Of a DNA stretch of 29,973 bases, positions 9,483 to 15,760 are shown in pieces (position 1 is the first letter of the stretch; each line of letters starts with the position of its first letter). Origin of the DNA: an uncultured Candidatus Saccharibacteria bacterium (GTDB taxonomy: Bacteria > Patescibacteriota > Minisyncoccia > UBA6257 > UBA11618); contig CAYSNH010000005.1 in the NCBI GenBank assembly GCA_964432405.1, positions 1 through 29,973 on the forward strand, in the 5' to 3' direction. Position numbers and translations under genes: made by a program. The notes beneath the pieces were generated by a model. The model was not told where the DNA came from. It did not search any database and was given only the letters and a program-made list of their open reading frames with translations.

Positions 9483-9950
9483 ATGGGAGAAGACCAGAAA
9501 AGAGAATACGAATTAGCTCTTTTGATCGATGATCAGTCAGCGGAAGCTGCAATCGATCAGTTTTTGGCTAAGTTGCCAGATGGAGCTGAGTTCGAAATAA
9601 CTAAGAAAGAGGCTGCTAAAACTGTTAAATTGGCATATCCAATTAAAAAGTTTAACTCCGCAACTTTACTAGTTTTTCAATTTAAAACTATTCCAGAAAC
9701 GATCAATAAGATCGAAGAAGGTCTTCATTTTCAAAAAAACGTCTTGCGCTCATTGTTAGTTACTTTGCCAATTGAGAAGGCTCCTGTTGTTAAGAAGGAG
9801 AAGGTGGCCGTTTCAGCCCCGAAAGAAAGAATTGCCCCAGAAACTGTTGAGGCAACTGTTGCTGCCAAGCCAAAACAAAATCAATCTACTAACCCAGAGA
9901 TTAGTAGCAATGAATTATTAACTAAGACTCTGGAAGAATTAGGAGAATAA
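9483..9950 (+). CDS. rpsF: 30S ribosomal protein S6 with a C-terminal extension, 155 aa
   Basis: The S6-like core parallels canonical S6 (REYELALLIDDQ..., KTVKLAYPIKKFNSATLLVFQF...NVLRSLLV). It sits in the conserved rpsF-ssb-rpsR order. An extra low-complexity tail of about 50 aa follows. Confidence 0.8.
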   Translation: MGEDQKREYELALLIDDQSAEAAIDQFLAKLPDGAEFEITKKEAAKTVKLAYPIKKFNSATLLVFQFKTIPETINKIEEGLHFQKNVLRSLLVTLPIEKAPVVKKEKVAVSAPKERIAPETVEATVAAKPKQNQSTNPEISSNELLTKTLEELGE

Positions 9951-10435
9951 TGAATCTTAACAAGGTATTTTTATTAGGTAGATTAACAGCCGATCCTATC
10001 CTTAGGACTACTACAAACGGAACTCAGGTCGCCACTTTCAGTATCGCTACCAATCGTATTTGGAACGATAAGACGGCAGGCCGAAAAGAAGAGACTGAAT
10101 TTCACAATATTGTTCTTTGGGGTCGTCAGGCAGAAATTGCTAGTCGCTTCCTAACTAAAGGTGGCTTGGTTATGATAGAGGGCCGATTACAAACTCGTTC
10201 TTGGGATGATAATCAGGGACAGAAAAGACGCACAACTGAAATTGTTGGTGATAGAATTCAATTAGGACCTCGATCAGGAGGACAGAGTGGAAACTTTCAA
10301 CCAGCAGCTCCTGCTAGTGGAGTTAATCAGGATTCAAAAGATTCTGATATCCCAACTATTAATGTTGAAGAGAGTCCGATGGATGCACCATCAATCGATA
10401 ACAACGAAATTAAAAAAGAAGATTTACCATTTTAA
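9950..10435 (+). CDS. ssb: single-stranded DNA-binding protein, 161 aa
   Basis: OB-fold core (NKVFLLGRLTADP...TEFHNIVLWGRQAEIA...LVMIEGRLQTRSWDD), a Gly/Pro/Gln-rich linker and the canonical acidic tip ...KKEDLPF. The start shares one base with the rpsF stop (TAATG). Confidence 0.92.
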   Translation: MNLNKVFLLGRLTADPILRTTTNGTQVATFSIATNRIWNDKTAGRKEETEFHNIVLWGRQAEIASRFLTKGGLVMIEGRLQTRSWDDNQGQKRRTTEIVGDRIQLGPRSGGQSGNFQPAAPASGVNQDSKDSDIPTINVEESPMDAPSIDNNEIKKEDLPF

Positions 10436-10437
10436 CC

Positions 10438-10641
10438 ATGAAAAAACAGTGTTTCTTTTGTTCACAAAACTTAAAAGAGATTGACTATAAAGAAAGCGAA
10501 CTTTTGAGACGCTTTGTTTCAGGACAGGCTAAAATCATTGATCCTCGTTATACTGGTGTTTGTACCAAGCATCAACGCAAATTAGCTCAAGCGATTAAAA
10601 GAGCTAGAACTTTGGGATTGTTACCATTTGTTAGAAGGTAA
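10438..10641 (+). CDS. rpsR: 30S ribosomal protein S18, 67 aa
   Basis: S18 pattern CFFC...IDYKESELLRRFVSGQAKIIDPRYTGVCTKHQRKLAQAIKRARTLGLLPF. Conserved position after ssb. Confidence 0.9.
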   Translation: MKKQCFFCSQNLKEIDYKESELLRRFVSGQAKIIDPRYTGVCTKHQRKLAQAIKRARTLGLLPFVRR

Positions 10642-11189
10642 TGAATGAACAAGCTTTTTATTTTTTTCATAACTTAGCCAATAAGCATTGGCTTTTAGAT
10701 TGGCTTTTTGTTTTCTTAGCTCATTACCTACCTTACTTACTGATTCTTATTTTTATTGGTTTAATTTTTTGGGGATATAAAAAGGGGAAGGACAGACTTT
10801 ATTATATATTATTAACCACTTTTTCTCTTTTAGTTGCTCGAGGTTTGTTTGTTGAGCTGATTCGTTTTTTCTATCCTAATCCAAGACCTTTTAAAGCTCT
10901 TAGCTTAGAGCCTTTAATCGATCCAATAATGACCAGTTCTTTTCCTTCTGGCCACGCTACGGTATTTTTCGCTTTAGCTACACTGATTTATTTTATGAAT
11001 AATAAATACTTCTGGCACTTTACCGGCGCCGCCGTATTAATTGGCTTAGGTAGGATTATAGCAGGGGTTCATTGGCCGTTAGATATTTTAGCGGGAGCTG
11101 TTTTAGGAGTGGCTGTGGTTTTAACGGCTCGCCGATTACTTCCCTATTCTTTTGGAGAAGAGTATAATAAAAAAATATGGAATTCTTAG
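10641..11189 (+). CDS. PAP2-family lipid phosphatase (undecaprenyl-diphosphatase/BcrC-like), 182 aa
   Basis: Membrane protein with the three acid-phosphatase motifs: PNPRP, SFPSGHA, and GRIIAGVHWPLDILAG. The start shares one base with the rpsR stop (TAATG). Confidence 0.8.
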   Translation: MNEQAFYFFHNLANKHWLLDWLFVFLAHYLPYLLILIFIGLIFWGYKKGKDRLYYILLTTFSLLVARGLFVELIRFFYPNPRPFKALSLEPLIDPIMTSSFPSGHATVFFALATLIYFMNNKYFWHFTGAAVLIGLGRIIAGVHWPLDILAGAVLGVAVVLTARRLLPYSFGEEYNKKIWNS

Positions 11190-11380
11190 GCTTTACACTC
11201 GACGTTATTGGTAAGTTGATGGTCGGCTTTACCGCCATCATGGTTCATCATCGTTTCTTGTTAGAACACAAGGTAGATGAGTTTGTTTTTCAAACAATGA
11301 AGCGTGAGCGGTTACTAGGTGTTATTGGTATCATTCTTATTATCTTAGGCTACATCTTGCAAGTTCCAGGTAAGTTGTAG
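11177..11380 (+). CDS. small hypothetical membrane protein, 67 aa (two hydrophobic helices)
   Basis: ATG ORF overlapping the PAP2 3' end by 13 nt. Two hydrophobic segments (LDVIGKLMVGFTAIMV, LLGVIGIILIILGYIL). It fills what would otherwise be a roughly 200-nt gap in a very dense region. No family recognised. Confidence 0.5.
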   Translation: MEFLGFTLDVIGKLMVGFTAIMVHHRFLLEHKVDEFVFQTMKRERLLGVIGIILIILGYILQVPGKL

Positions 11381-11395
11381 TAGGTTAATAAAACT

Positions 11396-11578
11396 ATGGG
11401 AATTTTTAAAGAACTAAAAAATCTTTCTCCGGAAAAATTAAAGGAGCTTCAATCACAAGCTCAACAAGGTCAAAAGATGATTGATGACATGATAGAGAAG
11501 CGAGTTAAGCAAGAGATCGAGGAAAGAGACTTGGTTAGTCGTGAGGAGGTCCAAAAAATGATCGAGGATAATAAGTAA
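11396..11578 (+). CDS. small coiled-coil protein, 60 aa, possibly BMFP/UbiK(YqiC)-like
   Basis: Charged helical sequence. The segment ERDLVSREEVQKM resembles the LDLVSREEFDVQ core of E. coli YqiC/UbiK as I recall it. Its stop shares one base with the nfo start (TAATG). Confidence 0.45.
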   Translation: MGIFKELKNLSPEKLKELQSQAQQGQKMIDDMIEKRVKQEIEERDLVSREEVQKMIEDNK

Positions 11579-12423
11579 TGAATCCTAAGATAGGCGCTCA
11601 TGTATCAACAGCTGGTGGTCTTCATACCGCTATTGAAAGAATTCAAGATATTGGAGGCGACTGTCTTCAGATTTTTGGCGCCTCACCTCGTCAATGGGCA
11701 GCAAGACTACCAGACGAAGATAAGATAAAGAAATTTAAGGAAGCTGTTAAAGAAAGTGGCATAGGTCCTATTTATCTTCACGCTGCCTACCTTCCTAATC
11801 TCGCTAGTCCGGTTGATGAAACGGTAGAGAAATCTATCACCAACCTCTCTATTCATTTGCAAATAGCCGAACTCATTGGAGCTAATGGGCTTATCTTCCA
11901 TATAGGGTCTGGTAAAGAGCTGCCTAAGGAAAAGGCCATGGCTAAGGTAGTTAAGGCTTGTAAGGCTATTTTAAAGAAGGTTCCTGGCAAGGCTGAGCTA
12001 GTTATGGAAAATTCTGCTGGCGGTGGTCAGAAGCTAGGGTCTTCAGTAGCTGAGATAGGAGTTATGATAAAAAAGATCGACTCTAATAGAATGAAGGTTT
12101 GTTGGGATACAGCTCATGCTTTTGAGGCGGGAGTAATGGATGAGCATAGCCCGGCTAACATCAAGAAGCTTTTTAATGAATTTGATAAAGAGATCGGTTT
12201 GGATAAGTTAGTGGCCTTGCACGTTAATGATTCCAAAACTCCTTTTAACTCTCATCATGATCGTCATGAAAATATTGGGGAGGGTCACATTGGTTTAAGT
12301 GGTTTTAAAAATCTAGCTAAGGAAAAAAGACTGGGTCACACAGCCTGGTTTTTAGAAGTTCCTGGTTTTGATGGGATGGGCCCAGATAAGAAGAATATTG
12401 ATATTCTTAAAGCTCTTTTTTAA
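11578..12423 (+). CDS. nfo: deoxyribonuclease IV (endonuclease IV, AP endonuclease), 281 aa
   Basis: TIM-barrel Endo IV metal-ligand motifs HAAYLPNLAS, IFHIGS, MENSAGGG, CWDTAHAF, HVNDSK and DRHENIGEGHIG. Confidence 0.92.
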   Translation: MNPKIGAHVSTAGGLHTAIERIQDIGGDCLQIFGASPRQWAARLPDEDKIKKFKEAVKESGIGPIYLHAAYLPNLASPVDETVEKSITNLSIHLQIAELIGANGLIFHIGSGKELPKEKAMAKVVKACKAILKKVPGKAELVMENSAGGGQKLGSSVAEIGVMIKKIDSNRMKVCWDTAHAFEAGVMDEHSPANIKKLFNEFDKEIGLDKLVALHVNDSKTPFNSHHDRHENIGEGHIGLSGFKNLAKEKRLGHTAWFLEVPGFDGMGPDKKNIDILKALF

Positions 12424-12653
12424 TGAAAATATCAGTTAAGGCCAAGCCAGCTGCTCGGGAAGATAAGGTGGAGGAGCAGGAAGGGGGGCTTTTTTTAGTT
12501 TCGGTAAAAGAACCGCCCGTCAAAGGACGGGCGAATCTTACAATCATTAAATTGTTAGCTAGTTATTTTTCTGTTCCCACTAACAACATTAGAATCATCT
12601 CTGGCCAGACATCACGCAATAAAGTGATAGAGGTTATTTTGCCTGATGAATAA
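12423..12653 (+). CDS. DUF167 (YggU/UPF0235) family protein, 76 aa
   Basis: Typical DUF167 pattern: KISVKAKPAAREDKV..., GRANLTIIKLLASYFSVPTNNIRIISGQTSRNKVIEV. TAATG junction with nfo. Confidence 0.75.
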   Translation: MKISVKAKPAAREDKVEEQEGGLFLVSVKEPPVKGRANLTIIKLLASYFSVPTNNIRIISGQTSRNKVIEVILPDE

Positions 12654-13512
12654 CTCTTTGAGGAAAGGGAATCTCAATGCCCTCTTTATCAAAAGCAATT
12701 TTAATTCTTTTTCTCAACTCAGCTGCTACACCCCATTGTTCTTGAGGCTTAACCTCGGCTTTGATTCTGATTTCTACCGCTGAATCATCGAAGTTATTAA
12801 TCTTAACGAATTCAGGAGCCTCATTAAGTTTGTCGCTCCATTCTTTGTCTTGGAACATTTTAGCGCCAATATCATTAACTACTTTAGTAACCTTTTCAAT
12901 ATCAGCCTCATAAGAGATGCCAATATTTAGATTAACTCGGGCAAAGTCTTTGGTCTTGTTAGAAGACTTTTTAATCTCTCCATTAGGAATGTGATGGACC
13001 GCTCCATTAAGGTCTCTGATAATAGTGGTGCGAAGACTGATTTTTTCAACCTCACCAGAAGTACCAGTTAACTCTACAACATCACCAATACGGTATTGAT
13101 TTTCTAAGATGATAAATAGTCCAGCAATCATATCTCTAATTAGATATTGAGCACCGAAACCAAAAGCCACACCTACAATACCAGCAGCAGCAATGATAGG
13201 TCCGATAGCAATACCAAATTCAGAAATAACCATTAAGATGGCCATTACCCAAATAACAATCTTAAAAGTTCCACCAAAAACTTGAATTAATGTATCCTCA
13301 CGTTTTTTCTCAGCTTGTTTGGTTAAGAAGCTGTCACCAACGATAGCTTTTCTAATAGCTTTTTCGATAAATAGGTAGCTGAATTTATTAAGTAAATAAG
13401 CGCCTAGTAAAATGCCTATAATTTTTGGACCATGAGTCAGCAACCAAGGAGAGGCTGTTGCCCATAGACTTCCTAAGTTTTCTGAATTAAAAATATTTTT
13501 AATAATTTCCAT
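12634..13512 (-). CDS. small-conductance mechanosensitive channel (MscS family), about 292 aa
   Basis: Three TM helices, then the MscS pore/beta-domain signature (GAQYLIRDMIAGLFIILENQYRIGDVVEL...GEVEKISLRTTIIRDLNGAVHHIPNGEI). I place the start at ATG 13512 (MEIIKNIF...). The tracked ORF extends to a TTG at 13575, but a promoter-like element lies inside that extension. Confidence 0.85.
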   Translation of the reverse strand: MEIIKNIFNSENLGSLWATASPWLLTHGPKIIGILLGAYLLNKFSYLFIEKAIRKAIVGDSFLTKQAEKKREDTLIQVFGGTFKIVIWVMAILMVISEFGIAIGPIIAAAGIVGVAFGFGAQYLIRDMIAGLFIILENQYRIGDVVELTGTSGEVEKISLRTTIIRDLNGAVHHIPNGEIKKSSNKTKDFARVNLNIGISYEADIEKVTKVVNDIGAKMFQDKEWSDKLNEAPEFVKINNFDDSAVEIRIKAEVKPQEQWGVAAELRKRIKIAFDKEGIEIPFPQRVIHQAK

Positions 13513-13521
13513 ATGTTCTGT

Positions 13522-13550
13522 TTTATAACACATCACTTGCCAAAAAACAA
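13522..13550 (-). promoter_or_regulatory. putative promoter for the MscS gene (TTGTTT-17 nt-TGtTATAAA), 9 nt before the ATG
   Basis: Minus strand reads TTGTTT (13550-13545), a 17-nt spacer ending in TGT (extended -10), then TATAAA (13527-13522), then 9 nt to ATG 13512. Confidence 0.35.
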
Positions 13551-13632
13551 TATTTTCAGTATTAATTCTTTGCAAAAAAAATTTATTTCTACATAATAAA
13601 GAGACAAAGGTCCTAATAAGATTATTAATACT

Positions 13633-14238
13633 ATGTACGAATTACCAAAGCTGCCTTATAGCTACGACTCTCTGGATCCTCACATTGACGCTCAAACAAT
13701 GGAGATTCATCACACGAAACATCATCAGGGTTATATTAATAAATTAAATGCTGCCTTAGAGAATCACCCTGACTTACAAAACAAGCCCTTAGAAGATCTT
13801 CTTTGGACATTAGATTCAGTTCCTGAGGAAATTAAAAAAGCAGTACGTAACAATGGAGGAGGACATCTCAATCACTCTCTTTTTTGGAATATATTAAGTC
13901 CGGCTGGTGGAGGTGCTCCTCAGGGGGAGTTAGCTGAAGCTATTGATAAAGATTTGGGAGGGTTTGATAAATTTAAAGAGGACTTTGCTAACGCCGCCGT
14001 AACTGTTTTTGGTAGTGGCTGGGCTTGGTTGGTTAAGGACGGTTCTGGCAAGTTGGCAGTCCGGTCAACTATTAATCAGGATAGTCCGGTCATGGAAGGT
14101 TTAACACCGTTGCTTGGCCTTGATGTTTGGGAACACGCCTACTATCTCAAATATCAAAATAAGAGACCAGAATATATAGATGCTTTCTGGAACGTTATTA
14201 ACTGGGAGGAGGTTAATAATAACTTTGTGAATAAATAG
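13633..14238 (+). CDS. Fe/Mn-family superoxide dismutase, 201 aa
   Basis: Signatures [25 protein letters not shown] and [19 protein letters not shown]. Metal specificity cannot be called by eye. Confidence 0.93.
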   Translation: MYELPKLPYSYDSLDPHIDAQTMEIHHTKHHQGYINKLNAALENHPDLQNKPLEDLLWTLDSVPEEIKKAVRNNGGGHLNHSLFWNILSPAGGGAPQGELAEAIDKDLGGFDKFKEDFANAAVTVFGSGWAWLVKDGSGKLAVRSTINQDSPVMEGLTPLLGLDVWEHAYYLKYQNKRPEYIDAFWNVINWEEVNNNFVNK

Positions 14239-14240
14239 TT

Positions 14241-14840
14241 ATGACCAGTGATCGTTCACAAGCCTTAGAAAAAATTAAGAACGAGGTCTGGGATTTAAAA
14301 GAATCACCACTTTATCAAGAGCGAGTTAATAATAAAACTTTGCCTGTCATTGGAGAGGGAAGTTATCAAGCTCGATTAATGTTTGTTGGTGAGGCCCCTG
14401 GTCGTAATGAAGCTAAGACCGGCCGTCCTTTTTGTGGATCGGCTGGCAAGATTTTGGATGATCTATTAAGCTCTGTTGGAATTAAAAGAGAGGAGGTTTA
14501 TATTACTAATATAGTTAAAGATCGACCACCTAGTAACAGAGATCCTTTACCAGAAGAAATAGCTATCTACGGACCTTTTCTTGATCGTCAGATAGATATC
14601 ATTAAGCCATTAGTGATTGTAACTTTGGGAAGATTTTCTATGAGCTACATAATGGAAAAACAAGATCTACAGGACTCTCTTAAACCTATTAGCGAGCTTC
14701 ACGGACAGGTTTTGGAAGGTGGGTCTAATAGCCCAATTAAAGTAGCTGTCATGTATCATCCAGCAGCAGCTATTTATAATCCTAAAATAAAAAAAGTCCT
14801 ACAGGATGATTTCCAGATCTTATCTTCTTTAATTAAATAA
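14241..14840 (+). CDS. uracil-DNA glycosylase superfamily protein, family-4-like, 199 aa
   Basis: Motif A GEAPGRNEAKTGRPFCGSAGKIL and motif B MYHPAAAIY. Begins 2 nt after sod. Confidence 0.85.
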   Translation: MTSDRSQALEKIKNEVWDLKESPLYQERVNNKTLPVIGEGSYQARLMFVGEAPGRNEAKTGRPFCGSAGKILDDLLSSVGIKREEVYITNIVKDRPPSNRDPLPEEIAIYGPFLDRQIDIIKPLVIVTLGRFSMSYIMEKQDLQDSLKPISELHGQVLEGGSNSPIKVAVMYHPAAAIYNPKIKKVLQDDFQILSSLIK

Positions 14841-14862
14841 AAAACCCTGCATAAAAGCAGGG
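14835..14862 (-). terminator. rho-independent terminator between convergent udg and GNAT genes
   Basis: Stem ccctgc (14845-14850) pairs with gcaggg (14857-14862) around a 6-nt loop. On the minus strand the stem is followed by TTTTTTATTT, so it is a good terminator for the rpmB-GNAT unit. On the plus strand no U-tract follows. Confidence 0.6.
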
Positions 14863-14874
14863 GGGGGTAGAATT

Positions 14875-15399
14875 TTATGAAAGAGGTATTCTGTTGCGCC
14901 TCTCTAAAATCTTTAGCAACTGATTTCTCTCAGAATCTTCGTCAGAAATTTGATAGAACATTTGATATTCAGGTTCAGCAGGTCGATAGTCAATATGCTC
15001 AGCTTTAAATCCAGCACTTTTGAAAAAGAGCTGTGCTCCAAGATTGCTTTCCGGAACATTGGCAAATACAAAAGTGCGTCTTTGAAAAGAAAGTTTTGTT
15101 TTGACAAGCTGGACTATTTTGGAGCCAATTTTTTCTCGTCGACATTCTTCAGCGATTGCTAAACGATAAAGTTGAATAGCGCTCTTTCCTAGGCAGTAGA
15201 TTGTGAAGCCTAGAACAAGAGAGTCCTTTTCAGCTATCATACCGATGACAGTTCGGCGTTTTAGACAATTAATCATCTCTTGTTCGCCGATAGGTTCTTC
15301 AAAGCTGCTATTCTCAATGGTCATCACTCCTGGCATATCACGTTCTGTTATTAACCAGCGGAAACTTACATCTAGCTCATCTTCTCTTTCGAATAGCAT
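14875..15399 (-). CDS. GNAT-family N-acetyltransferase (RimI-like), about 174 aa
   Basis: GNAT core ...VIGMIAEKDSLVLGFTIY...LYRLAIAEECRREKIGSKIVQLV...FANVPESNLGAQLFFKSAGF. ATG at 15399 is preceded by AAAGGA 7 nt upstream. The tracked ORF extends to a TTG at 15438. Confidence 0.75.
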   Translation of the reverse strand: MLFEREDELDVSFRWLITERDMPGVMTIENSSFEEPIGEQEMINCLKRRTVIGMIAEKDSLVLGFTIYCLGKSAIQLYRLAIAEECRREKIGSKIVQLVKTKLSFQRRTFVFANVPESNLGAQLFFKSAGFKAEHIDYRPAEPEYQMFYQISDEDSERNQLLKILERRNRIPLS

Positions 15400-15482
15400 G
15401 ATAGCATCCTTTCTGGATAGATTTACCCTTGTTGACAAAGAGCAGTGACAGGCTAGCTTGTAGCTACTGTATTTAAATTATA

Positions 15483-15677
15483 CTACACCCCACTAGCTTT
15501 TTTAGCCAATGTTCTGATGCAGCGAGTGCAAATTAAAAGTTGCCGACCGTCTGGTAGGCGAGTTTTTTGTAGGTTGGGCTGCTTGCGAGTCCAATTAGTT
15601 GGGTTATAGTGGCCTCGTAAAAGCTTTCGCTTTCCAACCATTCGAGAACCTTTCTTACAAATTTCACACTGTCTCAT
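15483..15677 (-). CDS. rpmB: 50S ribosomal protein L28, 64 aa
   Basis: MRQCEICKKGSRMVGKRKLLRGHYNPTNWTRKQPNLQKTRL...ICTRCIRTLAK matches the L28 pattern. The tracked ORF's extra 20 N-terminal residues are not L28-like and contain a strong promoter match. Confidence 0.85.
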   Translation of the reverse strand: MRQCEICKKGSRMVGKRKLLRGHYNPTNWTRKQPNLQKTRLPDGRQLLICTRCIRTLAKKASGV

Positions 15678-15686
15678 AGTGAGAAA

Positions 15687-15715
15687 ATAATAACCAATTT
15701 TTATTATTATGGCAA
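15687..15715 (-). promoter_or_regulatory. putative promoter for rpmB (TTGCCA-17 nt-TATTAT), 9 nt before the ATG
   Basis: Minus strand reads TTGCCA (15715-15710), a 17-nt spacer, TATTAT (15692-15687), then 9 nt to ATG 15677. This is the best sigma70-like match in the window (5/6 and 5/6 with optimal spacing). Confidence 0.45.
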
Positions 15716-15760
15716 GCTTTATTTCATTATTTAGCATTATTCAATTAATATAAGGGCAGA

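Noticed and set aside
10287-10484. 65-aa plus-strand ORF spanning the ssb/rpsR junction.
   Set aside because: It is an alternative frame over two well-supported genes, and its sequence is not protein-like.
13513-13575. Longer MscS ORF starting at TTG 13575 (MQRINTENIVFWQVMCYKTEH...).
   Set aside because: The extension has no TM or family character and contains a -35/-10 promoter match. ATG 13512 gives a typical MscS N-terminus.
15439-15482. Perfect TATAAT on the minus strand (15482-15477) right after the rpmB stop, as a possible separate promoter for the GNAT gene. Also a palindromic gctagc/tagcta cluster.
   Set aside because: No acceptable -35 lies at 16-18 nt spacing. The palindromes are too short for a stable hairpin, so co-transcription with rpmB is simpler.
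15678-15737. Longer L28 ORF starting at ATG 15737 (MLNNEIKLAIIIKIGYYFLT...).
   Set aside because: L28 proteins begin near the M-x-x-C motif. The extension overlaps the best promoter match in the window (TTGCCA-17-TATTAT).
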